Source: Somniosus microcephalus
Taxonomy: Eukaryota
Assembly (NCBI GenBank): GCA_052327205.1
Contig: CM126216.1
Span: 59,706,001-59,770,000, forward strand
Length of the DNA: 64,000 nt
Direction: 5' to 3'
Below, in pieces: positions 49,401 through 62,092 of the stretch (within the stretch, counting starts at the first letter, position 1; each line of letters opens with the position of its first letter). Position numbers and translations under genes: made by a program. The notes under the pieces were generated by a model, which saw nothing but the letters and a program-made list of their open reading frames with translations, was not told where the DNA came from and made no database searches.

Positions 49401-52400
49401 GGCAAAGTGGTGGATGTCAAAACATCTAACCTTGGCTGCTTTTTGAAGTGAGTGGTGTCACGAAGACATAATATTGTGATAATCAAAGAGTTAACTATTA
49501 GAGGAGCTTATCTAATGAAAATGTCCTTGTACATGCATCAATGGCTCAGTTGCTAATACTTTGCCCAGATAAAACCGAGCTGAGCAGACCAGCAAGACCC
49601 CAGATTCAATTCTTTCTGTGGAATTGTACCCAGCATAAGTCAGCACCTTCAAGAGAGGAAGCGAGAAAACTGGCAGAACAAAAAAGTGGCCTAAGCATCT
49701 GACCCAACCCAGGGCTTGAACAGGCTGAATGCTGAAAGGATCTTATCACCATCCATTCTGATGATGGGTAGCACCTCACTGCTAAAACTATAAACTTATA
49801 CACAGACTGAAGCAAGTATTAAGCCACTAAAACTACATTTCGTTCAAGCCCTTTCACTTTGCATTGAAGTTCAGCAGCAACTACTGGTTTAAATAACTTT
49901 GATTTTATCAACATCTTTTGCAATGATAGCAATGTTTTCCCTCGAGTAATATGGGGCAGGCATTGTCAGTATCTGTAGGATAGCTTCTAAATGGAAAAAG
50001 TTTGAAAATACTGGGTTTAAAGCCAGAATTGCCTAAGCTTAACAGTATTGTACTTACATTATGTGGCATAATCCTTCCCACAAATATCCATACTCTGAGG
50101 GGCCATTTAACAGTTACTGTGCAGCTGTTACACAACGTTTTAATTAACTCTTGCCCCTTTCCCGTAATATTGTGGTAAAACTGCCTGAAACGATCTGCAC
50201 GTTACTTATTGCAGACACATCTGAATGACATGGAGCTGCCCTTCACTAACAGCCTTGCAAATACATGGGGGAAACATTATTAATGGCACACTCTATAACT
50301 GGGACTAGGAATAATAATAATAAAAAAAAGAATCATTTAAACACTTGTGTTCATGCCTCCTGAGAGTGTTTAAAATAATTAGCTTTTTTCCCCTCTTAAA
50401 TAAGCAATTTTTTTTCCTAACGTGTTCTGTTAGCACTCTCTCTCAGCCCAGCTGCACCCGCCTCCAGGTCAGATGCAACAGTGCAGCTATCATATTTGCC
50501 ATTGCAAGTTGTTCTGTCCTGCAAATGGGATTAGACATGAGGTGGGTGACAATTCACAGCTCTTGTTAACATTGAAAATGGCAGCCTTAGGAGTCGGATT
50601 CCAGATAAGTCAAATGCCCACTCCGTCTTTAAATGATGCATTAACCCTTTGAATGCTGGTGCCACAAAATTCCGCTATGCAAATTTTTGGTGTACAAAAG
50701 CTTCCTTTGTCTGCTATTTTAACCAAAGTGCTAACTTGTTTAATATAAACAGTATGGGTTTCTGCGCATGTCTGCAAGCACACACGCATAGAGCTCTGCT
50801 TTGCCTGACAAGAGAAGGATGTGGAGCTGTCAGTATAACTCCACACTACAGGCTTGCTATGGCATGAAGCAGGTAGAGGCCTCAGTCAGGTACCTGCAGT
50901 ATAACAGTACTGCAAGACTTTACTGGGCGAGATCCCAATCTGTAGTTTACTGTTAAGCTTAACTGTATTTTTCTGTGATTTAAAAAAACTACCATATATC
51001 TTGAGTAATCCATTTATTGTTTAAACAATATTGATTATTTGATTGTCTGGACAACACTCAGGAAAGAATTGCTCTGGTTGGTCTGTGTGGCAACACCCTA
51101 AGTGTGTTCATGAACTTGTCCTTGGGTCAGTACTTCCAGTGAAATTGGAAACATGCCCTTTTTACTAGAAATACTGCCCAGAGGAAATGTTCATGAATGC
51201 ATTTAAGCTGTCACTACACAAAGTGAGCAGAGCAATTCTTCCCTTGTGTGTGCCAGTACTGGATGGCATTATAACATTAAAATGTATTATCTTTTACTTA
51301 TTTAGTCTAGGGAGACATCTGACAGACCCAGTGTGGAGTTGTGCTGGGCCACTTTAAATAAGCACCACATTCTGTTTGGTCAAATAGATGAAACCCTCTC
51401 CCTTTCGTGCAATCTCCTGGAATCCTGGTAACTCATGGAAAAAGTTTGAATAAGCAAAGAATATTGCTACTAAATTAGGATATTAAAAACAGCAAGATTT
51501 ATGTCCAGAATCTGCTCAAAGCCAGAATAGCCCAGCTTTCTACTATTGGATTTATACTATGTGGCAGCTTTGTTGAATTTCTTTCTTTTTTTGGCTTTAC
51601 TTTAAATATTGCTTTTTCAGTTTGTACAGGTCCAATGGGCAAAAGCCCAGGTCTTTCCTTAACATCCCCCCCCCCGCCACCACCTCCCCACCAACCACCC
51701 AGAAAAAAATAGTGTTCATTAGAACAGCAGCTTGGCCCTGTACAGAGCTGTGCAAAGCCCTGGCCTATTGCTCACACTGGAGGTACACAATGAATAGATC
51801 ACCCTTTCTGGAGATATTGCATTTGCTGTGTCATCTTAATCTTTTGCTATTTCAGTGTTTAAAAACATTGGCCATGAAATTATGCATGGGACACTACTGT
51901 AGGAACGCTTAACTCGATCATATGAAAGTTTCTCTCCGCTGCCTTAAAAGAGGGGCTCACTCATTAAAATAAATGAATTACCGTTTCCGCTAAAATAGTG
52001 GGGGATGGAATTTTGCACAAATAGGTGAAGCACTCATACACGACTATCCCATGTGGCATTTCAAGGCCCATAGCTGTGTTAATTAAGTCTTCACATTTAG
52101 CAACAAGCACCATTTTAATAGTAATTGCTGTTTTTGAAAGTTATTAGGAAAGTTTGGTTGACATCATGACATCACTCAAACTGGAAATAGGTCAGTAGGA
52201 AAGTATTGTCCTGTTGCCTATGTTGTAACATGGTGTTCTGTCGGTCTCTTTTTCCAATCTGCTGCAGGGACAGAATCCTCTTTCACAACAGTTGGCACAT
52301 TGTGGAGTTTAGTCCCGCACCCATGAAAACAAATCACCCAAATACATGACTGATTGGATCAATCCAAGATTGGATTGCATTTCTTTTGGGTGTGTCTAAA

Positions 52401-53069
52401 ATTAGGGTTCATTGCCTTTTGCCAAATCTGAAGCTGGACCTGAGACAGAATAAGGCATAGAGGGTGTGATTGTAAGTTCTGCTTGTTTTGTCTCTGCTGA
52501 AAATGAATTCAAAATCAAAGAAGCCTTAATAACTTGCACCTTCACAGCATAATAGTAAGACAAAAGTGGGGGGTGGGGGGAGAGAGGGGGAAACGGTTTC
52601 TATTTTTAAAATCAGGGTCTTGGTGCCTGGTTTCGAAATTTCTGGGCACACCACTTGGAACTGGACTGTCCGGGTGGAAACACAGATGGGGGCACACTCG
52701 TCAGACACAGGAGAGTAACTGTGCTTAGATCATTTAGTGTCATTTGTAATTCAGTGATCTGCAGTTTGTTGTTCTGTGAATTTGAATTTTCATTGATGTT
52801 TTCAATTACAGACAGAGCGGGATATATTCCAGTAATCAACAAGGCGCCACATTGTCATTGTGGTGAACAATTACAAGTGAAAGCAATTACATGCACAGTG
52901 GAATCCTCTTATGTGCAATAGGTCAGGACCGACAAGGGGGAAAAAGTTGCATGAAAACAGACTTGAATGTTATGGGTCTGCCTAGATCAATGCTGACTGT
53001 GTGACAAACAAAACTGGGACTTGGTACCATTTATATCAATCAGGTTACTGCCAGAAATTTCCTTTGGTC

Positions 53070-53075
<6 letters not shown>

Positions 53076-53107
<32 letters not shown>
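53076..53107. repeat. (TG)n microsatellite
   Basis: Direct dinucleotide run. Confidence 0.95.
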
Positions 53108-53111
<4 letters not shown>

Positions 53112-54589
53112 ATGTGTGTACGTGTGAATCCGCACTTTAAGAAGGTTGAACTGTAGTTGGCTTGCTGTAATTTCTCAATATCTATATGTGGAAACAAACC
53201 AGGATGAGGGGCTTTATTTTCTTATTAAAAGGGGGTGTTGCCTTATTCTGGAGGTTTTTGGTGGCCCCAGGTCCGAGAACTACCCACTCTTACACCTCCA
53301 CTCAAGGTATATTGAGTACTCGCTAAAGCGTGCGCTGTAAGGAGTTTGTATTCTCAGCTTAAATTTTGATCCAAGTTATAATAAGTAAATTGTACTATGA
53401 TTATTAGTGATGGTACTGCCCACTTCTCAAAGCTGATAGCATTTACTGTGCGACTGTTACCTTCAAATCTTTTTATTTGTTGTTTTAAAGTAAAAAAGAG
53501 TAAAGCAAACCAGCAAGCCCAAAATACAGTGCACTGGAATTTGCCCATCCTTGAGCAACACTGATTGGGTGTGGGGGATTTAATCAGTGTATACACACAG
53601 TGAATAGAAATGAATAGCACTGGGACTATCTTGTAACCTAGAGTTTCCATCTCTGGATATTCCACAGTTGTCTGAAGGAATTTCAAAAATGGAAATTAAA
53701 TTCACTCAAAGAGGTTAAAGGTAAGCTCCTTTCGGTGAGAATCTTTTAAAAAGGACAGTGCAATTCTTTCTTAAAGAAGCTTCCTGACCCTGCAGACCCC
53801 TCTTTAAAAGTGATTTTAAGAGCCCTGATGATGTGACTCCCTGTTTTCGAAGGCCATGATGTTGCAAATCCCTCTTTAAAAAGCATGAGGAATTTATAAA
53901 AGCAGTAAAATAATTCTAGGCCACTCAATTTCATTAAGAGTTCCATAGAAAGTGACAGGAAGGGATGTGAAGAGTTTCACTGTTGTACATATAACCTGGT
54001 TGTGATCCAGACATCCTGATGGAAGCCAATTCATTGTTTGAGTACTCGATGTTGATAAAAATGACGCAGACAGATTCTACTGAAGGATAAAACACAAGGA
54101 TGCCACACCAGAAACCAACCTCATCAATATAAAAATTAGGATTTCTATCCAAAATTATGGTTTGGTATAGGATGCCTCTTAAACAGCAAGCAAAATATTG
54201 CCCTTTTCCAATTGTTCCTTTTCACAAATTGTATTAAAATAATATTCTAATTCTGATTGCCGTTAAGGTGCCCTATAAGTTCCCAGGCCCATCAAAATCA
54301 CAACTGAGGAGAAGCTTTGTTACCTGAGATGTTCTAGTACATTAAAAGGTGCATGGTCCATCTTAATTATAACAGGATCCATGGAGCTAAGTATTTTACA
54401 TATTGGAACAAGGTATGCACTATAGTGTATGTCCCATTAGACAGCAGTATATGCAACACATAAACGTCGGGAACCAAGTCTCAGAACAGAAAGAGCCTTA
54501 CAACTAAAAATACCTTCTGATGAAAATCTGGTTTGTTACTAACAAGTATGAAAATCCTCAAAATGAACTGGTACAGCCCCATTTATCTC

Positions 54590-54960
54590 TCCAATTTTCT
54601 CCTCACCTCTGCTTTCCTAAAGGGGCTGACTCATGAGAAGGTGCAATACCTCACCATTCTTCATGTTGCATTCCTGTAGTGACTGTCAGCAGGCTATCTG
54701 GCAGCGCAGGGCACCAGTCCTAGGCCCGATCCTGCTCTCTCCTGATGTCCACACCTACACACTTTCCAGCGGGAGTCACTGGATAGCAATCAGCAGCAGG
54801 AACCCTGGCTCATCTTTTCTCTTCTTAACCTTGCTGTGCTGAGGCCAATTGTAACACCCTTACTGTCAGCCCAGCTAACTCAACACAAATCAGTGATCAA
54901 ACCTGGCAACTTCCTGATCTGTACGGCTCAGTAGCACACTGGGCAGTACATTACCAACTG
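54590..54960 (-). mobile_element. Old tRNA-headed SINE-like repeat (same family as 30380-30945 and 60755-61055)
   Basis: Shared blocks CACTTTCCAGCGGGAGTCACTGGATAGCAATCAG, GAGGCCAATTGT, CCCAGCTAA and GATCAAACCTGG. Partial copies also occur near 38780-38830, 39170-39260 and 49540-49800. Confidence 0.6.
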
Positions 54961-55089
54961 GTCTACAACTACTTCGCTGAGTTGAAGACTCTCTGTAATG
55001 CAGAATTATTGCACCAATGCTCTATTTATTCAGTGGGTGAGAGCTCCTGTTGATTGCTGAATATGGTCTGGAATTGGAATTTTGAATGA

Positions 55090-55430
55090 TCACACAGAAA
55101 CCCCACAGTGCAGATAGAGGCCATTTCGGCCCATCGAGCCTGCACTGACACATATCCCACCCGATCCCTGTAACCCCTACACCAACACATATCCCACCCT
55201 ATCCCCACGTATTTAATCCCCCTAACACTAAGGGTCAATTTATCATAGCCAATCAACCTAACCTGCACATCTTTGGACTGTGGGAGGAAACCGGAGCACC
55301 CGGAGGAAACCCACGCAAACACGGGGAGAATGTGCAAACTCCACACAGACAGTCGCCCGAGGCCGGATTCGAACCCGGGTCCCTGGCGCTGTGAGGCAAC
55401 AGTGCTAACCACTATGCCACCGTGCTGCCC
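55090..55430 (-). mobile_element. V-SINE (HE1-like)
   Basis: Reverse complement of the head and V-domain of 44119-44340, with a different CR1-type tail. Confidence 0.92.
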
Positions 55431-55959
55431 GGTGATCATTTACCACAGTGGATTAGCATTTTAAAACTTGCTGCAGCGAATTATCACCCTTGCAGATGGC
55501 AAAATGATCCTTTACACCCATGGAATAAATTACAGAGACACTTGTAGAGGCTGCAGTTATGAAGCCACTTTATTAGTCAAAATAAAATACAAATGGTGCA
55601 ATGGTGCTGTCTACTGACACAAGCACTAGCAGCAACATCTAAAGAGAGGAATACTTAGGGGTGAATCTTGGGCTGGTTTGAATCTAATAAGCAATGTCCC
55701 CTTGATCTGTATTGTAGTTTGTATCTACTTTGTACTTAAGTTGCTTAGATCCAGTCATTTAAAGTGGAATACAAAATGTGAAAATATAACTGTCTGGAAC
55801 ATAGTTATTAAGCAATGTCATTTTTAGTTAATAAAAAATATCCATTTGTTTTATTCATTTGAGTTCCTAGGTATCAGTTGAATGGATTGTGGTAATATAA
55901 AGACAGATGTCTTTTTATCCAGGAAGAAACACTTCTTATTTTTTTCCATTCTAGATTTG

Positions 55960-56220
55960 GGAGTAAGTGACAGAGAGCACAACAAAGAGCCTGGCAGTGA
56001 GTGGCAGAGAGAATAACAGCGAATTATGAGCACCTGAGAAGTGAGTGATAGAATGAATAACAGAGAGTAAAGCATACCTGGAGTTAGTGATGGAGAGAAA
56101 TACTGATGTTGAGGACCAAGTGACAAATAATAATGGATACATGGAAGTGAGAGAATAATAGAGTAGTAGGTGAGTGACAGAATGAATAACAGATACCTGA
56201 AGTGAGTGACAGGATTGTGA
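55960..56220. repeat. Degenerate purine-rich tandem repeat
   Basis: Recurrent GTGAGTGA(C/T)AGA..GAATAACAG..(A/C)ACCTG blocks at irregular spacing. Confidence 0.6.
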
Positions 56221-56538
56221 TTCAGTTGAGGGTTCCTGATGACATAATAACACACAAACACAAAGATTAATCTATTAATTGATGACAGCAGAATCACCCC
56301 CTTTATTTTAACCCCAAGTAGTTTTATAAGTCAGGCCCTTTTCAATATAGTTAAAGGGTAGGTGACGTAGGAGATATTAGACTTGAATGTTTACAATATA
56401 ACTGACAGCTTACATAGTATAATTAATTCTTGCACAATGCAGTGGTTTATACATTGTTTTACCTCTATTTTACAAGATGGTTAGAATATGCTAAAACGTA
56501 AGGCAATAATTTTTACTTTAACAGTCCTTTAGTGTCAT

Positions 56539-57243
56539 GGGGGAAAAATTTGGTTTGTTTTTGCTCCAAGGGGGCGCTAACGGGGCGCAAAGCACCTAGC
56601 ACCCTGGCGTGGTGCCACTAATGTCTCCTACGAAATTCAGCGGGAGGTTAGCGGCAGCGGTAACCGGTAGTTCTCCACGGCGCGGTGCCTCCAGCGATGA
56701 CGTCGTTGTTGTGCGCAGCGCCCTGCTCGCGCCCCGGCTGCAAACTTGGCTTGCGTCCCCATACCTACCGACAGATGCTATGTCCGACAGGGTCAGGGTG
56801 TTGTTTTTGTGGCCGGGGTGGTGTAAATTAAAGGGCAGGTGCCAGGCGGCCAATTTTTTTTGGGCCTCCTGCCAGCACCTGCCTCCTTTCGCCTCCTCCT
56901 GCGGGGTGCCAGCCGCGATCGGTCAGCCCGGCATTCCTGAGTGCCGGTCTCTTTTGCTGGCACCCTGCTCCACGGTGGTCCAGCAGGGCCCCGGTGCGCG
57001 CTGTGCTAGTCCCCTCCCCTTTAATCAGGGGAGGGAGGCCTGCAGTACCACAGCGCTACTGCACGTAGCGCCGCGATATTCAATGGGAGCAGACCCAAGA
57101 GGGAGGGGAGCGCTTCCGGTAGCGCCCCGCCTCCTGCTTGGGGTGCTACCATTCAATTTCGGGAGTGGGGGCACTAACTTTTTCGGGACACTAAAAGTAG
57201 CGAAGTTAGTGCCCCAAAGGGGGCACGAGCCAATTTTTCCCCC
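56539..57243. mobile_element. Non-autonomous Harbinger-type element (705 bp)
   Basis: TIRs GGGGGAAAAATT(T)GG and CCAATTTTTCCCCC, with a 3-bp TSD CAT on both sides. GC/CpG-rich interior shares motifs with the ends of the autonomous element. Confidence 0.82.
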
Positions 57244-57819
57244 CATACCTTTTACTTTCAATAATAAACACTGGTCTAGCATCACAGTGCTGATGTTTTT
57301 TGATTTCTTTATATAGCGTAAAACTGTGTGGACAAATTAAGCAGCCATAACAAAAGTTAGATGCAAGAACAGAAAATATAATGAAACTCAAACAATAAAA
57401 ATGTAGAACTTGTAAATGTACTTCTACATATTAAATTTTAAAAAATCAGTAAGGTGTATCTCAGAGAGTTCAAGGTACACTCAAGGGGTTCAGATAATGG
57501 GATAAACAGCACAAGCTTCCCAATCACACTTTTGCCACCTAGCACCATGATTGTGTTGACAGCTGTGTAACACACTCCCGGCCATCTGTTATTCTCTATG
57601 GCCTGGAAATGACACAGTGTGATATTAGCATGTGTGTTTGTATGAAATTACTTTGTCTGCTATTCTATTGGAGCCATTAACCTGGTTATCGTAAATGGTT
57701 TAAGACCTCCATTAATATAATGGACAAAGTCATTCAATTTAAATGCATTATGCATTCGTCAGCTATTATCACACAGTGTAGTTTTTAAGCTTGTGTGTTA
57801 TACAGTGGAAAAGTGATGT

Positions 57820-58240
57820 GATAACGAACGTATGAGACTTGTGTCTGCTTGATACTTCTGTACAGTGCTGAGAGCTGGACCCTGATGTAGGCCCACGAGT
57901 CGAGGCTGGATACTTTTGGAGCATGCTGTGTGAAGAGGATGCTGGGTATCAGCTGAGAGGATTGCGCAATCAACATAGAAGTAATGAGAAGGAGTGACCT
58001 GTGTGCACTAACACAACATATAGTGAGGTGGTTGTGACAAGCAAGACACGTGTGTTGTATGGCTGAGAATCACCCTTAGCAGGTGATGGAATGGGTCCCA
58101 GTGGGGAAGAAACTTGTCTGGAAGTCCAGTACTAAGTTGAGATGGTAGGGGTGGCCTATGAGAAGACCTGTTTGGGTATGATAATGGACAGATGACCGCA
58201 GGAGCTGAGGGAGGAGTGAGCACAGTAGCATGGTCTTGTA
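57820..58240 (+). pseudogene. RTE-clade LINE relic (RT C-terminal region)
   Basis: Single-frame translation with stops: YETCVCLILLYSAESWTLM*AHESRLDTFGACCVKRMLGIS*EDCAINIEV...HVCCMAENHP*QVMEWVPVGKK...LRW. This matches the RTE pattern LLYGxESWTL...RRILGISW.D.V.N.EV...GHV.RM...W.P.GKR...RW. Confidence 0.8.
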
Positions 58241-58342
58241 GCATCTGTGGCCAACCTAGTTATTAGCGACTAATATATTGTCAAAACAATATTCATTATC
58301 ATTTGTCCCATATTCTAGTGCGAATTTTCTGATAATACCGCA

Positions 58343-58430
58343 CATGGAATCATATAAGTGCCGGCACTTTGAAAGAGCTATCCAATTAGGCGCCATCCCC
58401 TGCTCCCTCCTCAAAACCCTGCAAATTGGC
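58343..58430 (-). mobile_element. Short CR1 3' UTR fragment
   Basis: CTTTGAAAGAGCTATCCAATTAG..CCCCTGCTC..CCCTGCAAATT matches 1160-1220. Confidence 0.65.
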
Positions 58431-59912
58431 CTTTGCAAGGACAATGGCCACATGTCCTAGTGGTAGGGTTACTTTGAGATGGATGGATATTATTTCCTAA
58501 GATGGATAACATTTGATTACACACCTAAGAGGAGCTGACTGTCCCAGCACTAAATGCAGACCAGTGCTATCAGTCAGTGAGGTTGAAGGTTTCTGCACTT
58601 TTACGACACTGATGGAAAAAAAAAGAACCATTTGCACTCATCACGGTGCTGGCTGCTGGATTAGTGACAGCACCGCTGCCCTGCCAGCCCTTGCTCTTGT
58701 CAGCTCCAGAGAGCAGGAGAGAAGCAGTTTGTTCTTGACAGCAGACAGCCCCTCTGCTGGGCCCTGGTTTCATGTTACATTAAGTATTAGTGCTGTTCTT
58801 TCAGGAGCCATTATGCTTCGACATCAAAGATTGACTTGCAGGGCAGTCCTAGGTTAGTCCTGATTTCTGCTAGAACTTTTCAGGCATGAAATGAAATATA
58901 CATGATTAACCTAAGGCTGGGAGTGAGACAAAGTTTTGATCCTGATTCTTTTTTCCAGAGAGAGTGGGTAATTTCCATTTAATTAAACATATTTTAGAGA
59001 AACCCTAAGGAATATTTAGCACATAAATTGAGGTATTGGGGATTGTGGTGCTTTGTTTCTGGCGCAGGCGGTGATGTCCTTAGAATGGAGTAAATTAAAG
59101 CTGCATTTACATTACGAGTTGGTTGCTGATGACAGGTGCTGCAAAGCACAAAATAAAGGCCGTTTCTGGAAGTGTGTCCAATGGCTGCCCCACCTCTCAA
59201 CAACAATATAAGCGGACAGTGGACTTGCTGTTGGAGGTGGAAGTGGACATGGTTTCTGCCCTGCTGGGCTGATCAACAGAAGCACTCATGCCTACCCTGT
59301 ATAGGCCTGTAATTTTATGATCACAGGTCCGTACAGACTTTCTGAAGCCATTGGGGAAGGCACTGCACCAGCAAAGCAGTGACCTTAAAACAACTGTACA
59401 CGTGTACAATCTTTCTAAAGGGTATGTGGTAGCTGTAGAAGCTACACGACAATATAAACAAGCCAGCTTCTCTTGGGGAGTCAGTGCTGCAAGACCATTT
59501 CCTAGAACTGCGCTCCAGTTAGCTTATAGCAGTTTAGCCCTCCACCTTCCCAGGCCATTTAAGTTTTTCTTCTACCTTTGCTGCAATTTGCAGGCAGCTG
59601 TAGACTATTCGGTCTTTGGCATTAACGTAAGAAAACTACTAGGCACTTGGCCTAAGCGTTAAACAAAGCTTTAATCAACTGTTTTACAACAAGGAGGTCT
59701 AGTTGAGTCCTTCACTAGTTCCTGTTAAGAATATCCTGCACAAGCTGGGCCCGTGCCCGAGTATTTATACTCTCCCTGGACAGCGCCACCCGTAGGCCGC
59801 TCAGTTGATTCATGTCAGACATTATAAACCGGATCTTGGGAGAGCAACCTAAGTTGTTCTGCTGGCCTCCCTGTGAGTTGATCACAAAGGGCATGCACCT
59901 GCACAGGCTGGC

Positions 59913-59969
59913 TGTGACATTTTGCCCAGCATGTAATGCACAGAGTGTAATGCTGGGCAAAATGTCACA
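59913..59969. repeat. Perfect 20-bp inverted repeat with a 17-nt loop
   Basis: TGTGACATTTTGCCCAGCAT (59913-59932) and ATGCTGGGCAAAATGTCACA (59950-59969). Confidence 0.95.
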
Positions 59970-60754
59970 AGAGTGTTGATGCTGCCTTAAGATAATAAAT
60001 ATGTCATGGTGTCACCAAAAGGCAATGCCGTACCACAACAGTGCACTTACGATCATCATTAAGTCCGTCAGCGGCCAGCTCAACCCAGTGAAATATGGGT
60101 CTTCCTTGCTGCCAGTGTGAAACATTTAGGCAGGTTTACTTTTAATATGGTCGGTGGCTGTGGGGGACCCAGGCTACAGGAGCTGGCACCCTGAGTGGAA
60201 TGTAAAAGTTGATGATATTGCAAAATCAAATATAGTATTTCACCACACTGTCTGTTCAAGACTTGTTGCACACATGTTTTTATTAATATTATTTTTAATG
60301 TCTCTATATTACAGTGATAAAAACGACGATTATAGGATGGGTGTTAGTCACAAGAACAATTGTTTTGATTACACGGCTGCAGTGAATGAATGGCAAATTG
60401 GAGACGCCAGTCAAGGCTTTTATTTGTGAAATGTATAGTGTAGCTTCTGCAAATATGTTGGATATGTGACATTGTTTCATATCAGTAAAGGTGCAAGCAC
60501 CTATTTCCTAATCAATACCTAGGAAGGTGCCAAAAATACCAAATGTGTTATTTTTAAAAGACAAGTTTGGAGCCAGCATTTTGATTTGATTCTTCATCAG
60601 ACTGTGAGTACTCACTGTTCTTCAAGCTGGTCTGACACGCCCCCCCCCTTCCTCCAATTTTAGACCCAGTTGCCTCAGAACCAACTTGGGGAGTACAGTT
60701 TAAACAGAGAGTCTATGGGTTTTGTTTGTCTTGGGATCATATCTTTAGGAACTT

Positions 60755-61055
60755 GCCTAATGGCTCAGTGAGTAAATGCATTGGATGGTGTGATACCAGA
60801 CCAGGCAAAGCAGGAAGGCACCAGGTTCAATGTCTGAACTCTACTGATTTAGCTGATCTCAGCTGGAGGAATGGAAGAGGCACTATAATTGGTCTCAATC
60901 ACCCTAATCTAGGTAGGAGGAAGAGTCAGCCTGGGTTTCATGTCCCTAGCTGAAAAAAGGCTTGTGTTGGGTGAGGATAGGATTGCGTTTGGCGAGGGTA
61001 GGATTGGGTTTGGCTCTGGTGCTATATTTGGTTGAACACTCTTCTAACTGTCACT
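60755..61055 (+). mobile_element. Old tRNA-headed SINE-like repeat
   Basis: A-box-like TGGCTCAGTGAG and B-box-like GGTTCAAT. Body TTAGCTGATCTCAGCTGG...ATAATTGGTCTCA is the reverse complement of blocks in 54590-54960. Confidence 0.55.
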
Positions 61056-61060
61056 GTCTA

Positions 61061-61529
61061 AAAAGAAAGACTTTTATTTATATAGCACCTTTCACGACCA
61101 CCGGACGTCTCAAAGCACTTTACAGCCAATGAAGTACTATTTGGAGTGTAGTCACTGTTGTAATGTAAGAAACACGACAGCCAATTTGCACACAGCAAGC
61201 TCCCACAAACAGCAATGTGATAATGACCAGATAATTTTTTTTGTTATGTTGATTGAAGGATAAATATTGGCCAGGACATCGGGGATAACTCCCCCTGCTC
61301 TTCTTCGAAATAGTGCCATGGGATCTTTTACGTCCATTTGAGAGAGCAGACGGGGCTTCGGTTTAACATCTCATCCGAAAAACTGCACCTCCGACAGTGC
61401 AGCACTCCCTCAGTACTGCACTGGAGTGTCAGCCTAGCTTTATGTGCTCAAGTCCCTGGAGTGGGACTTGAACCCACAAACTTCTGACTCAGAGGCGAGA
61501 GTGCTACCCACTGAGTCACAGCTGACACT
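61061..61529 (-). mobile_element. Full-length Deu-domain SINE (SacSINE1-like)
   Basis: Reverse complement of 33441-33905 over its whole length. Confidence 0.92.
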
Positions 61530-62092
61530 TTCTAGGAGAGAAGGGGAGAACATTAAAATAATATATATTGTACTGAGTTACTCTACAATCCAATTTCATT
61601 GGTTTGGTCCTCAATTGAAAAGGTGCTTGATTTCTAACCAGAGAGGCATAAGCTTTGGCAACAATATTTCCCATCATCATGATTCACCTGTTCTGTAGGG
61701 GGATTATTCTGGTCACTCTTAGCTGGACTGTCTCTGGAACACAAGGATCAAAGCAAGGTGGTATGGGGGAGAAAGGAACAGGGGATTGATATCAACCAGC
61801 TTGCCCCGACAGAATGACAGTTGGTGGTTTTTGAGAAATCCATCGATTGTGCCTTCCTGACCCAAAAAATGGCAAGCAGCCTTTGAAAGAAAGGTAGAAA
61901 TTATAAAAATAAATTCCACTGGCATTGAACCTGCTAACCCATGTACCTGCCTAATGAATGACAGCTCTAACCTAATCAATATGGCCATAAAAGAAAAGGC
62001 TGTTCTGCAGGAGAGCCTCATGGTCTCTGGTGCTGGGTGGGTTGGGGTCGGAGTGGGTTGTTGCTAGAGAGAGAAGTTGACTCACAAATGCT

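Noticed and set aside
56609-57316. 235-aa ORF as a protein-coding gene
   Set aside because: It lies within a GC-rich TIR element, has no recognisable domain, and runs past the element boundary. It is a chance ORF.
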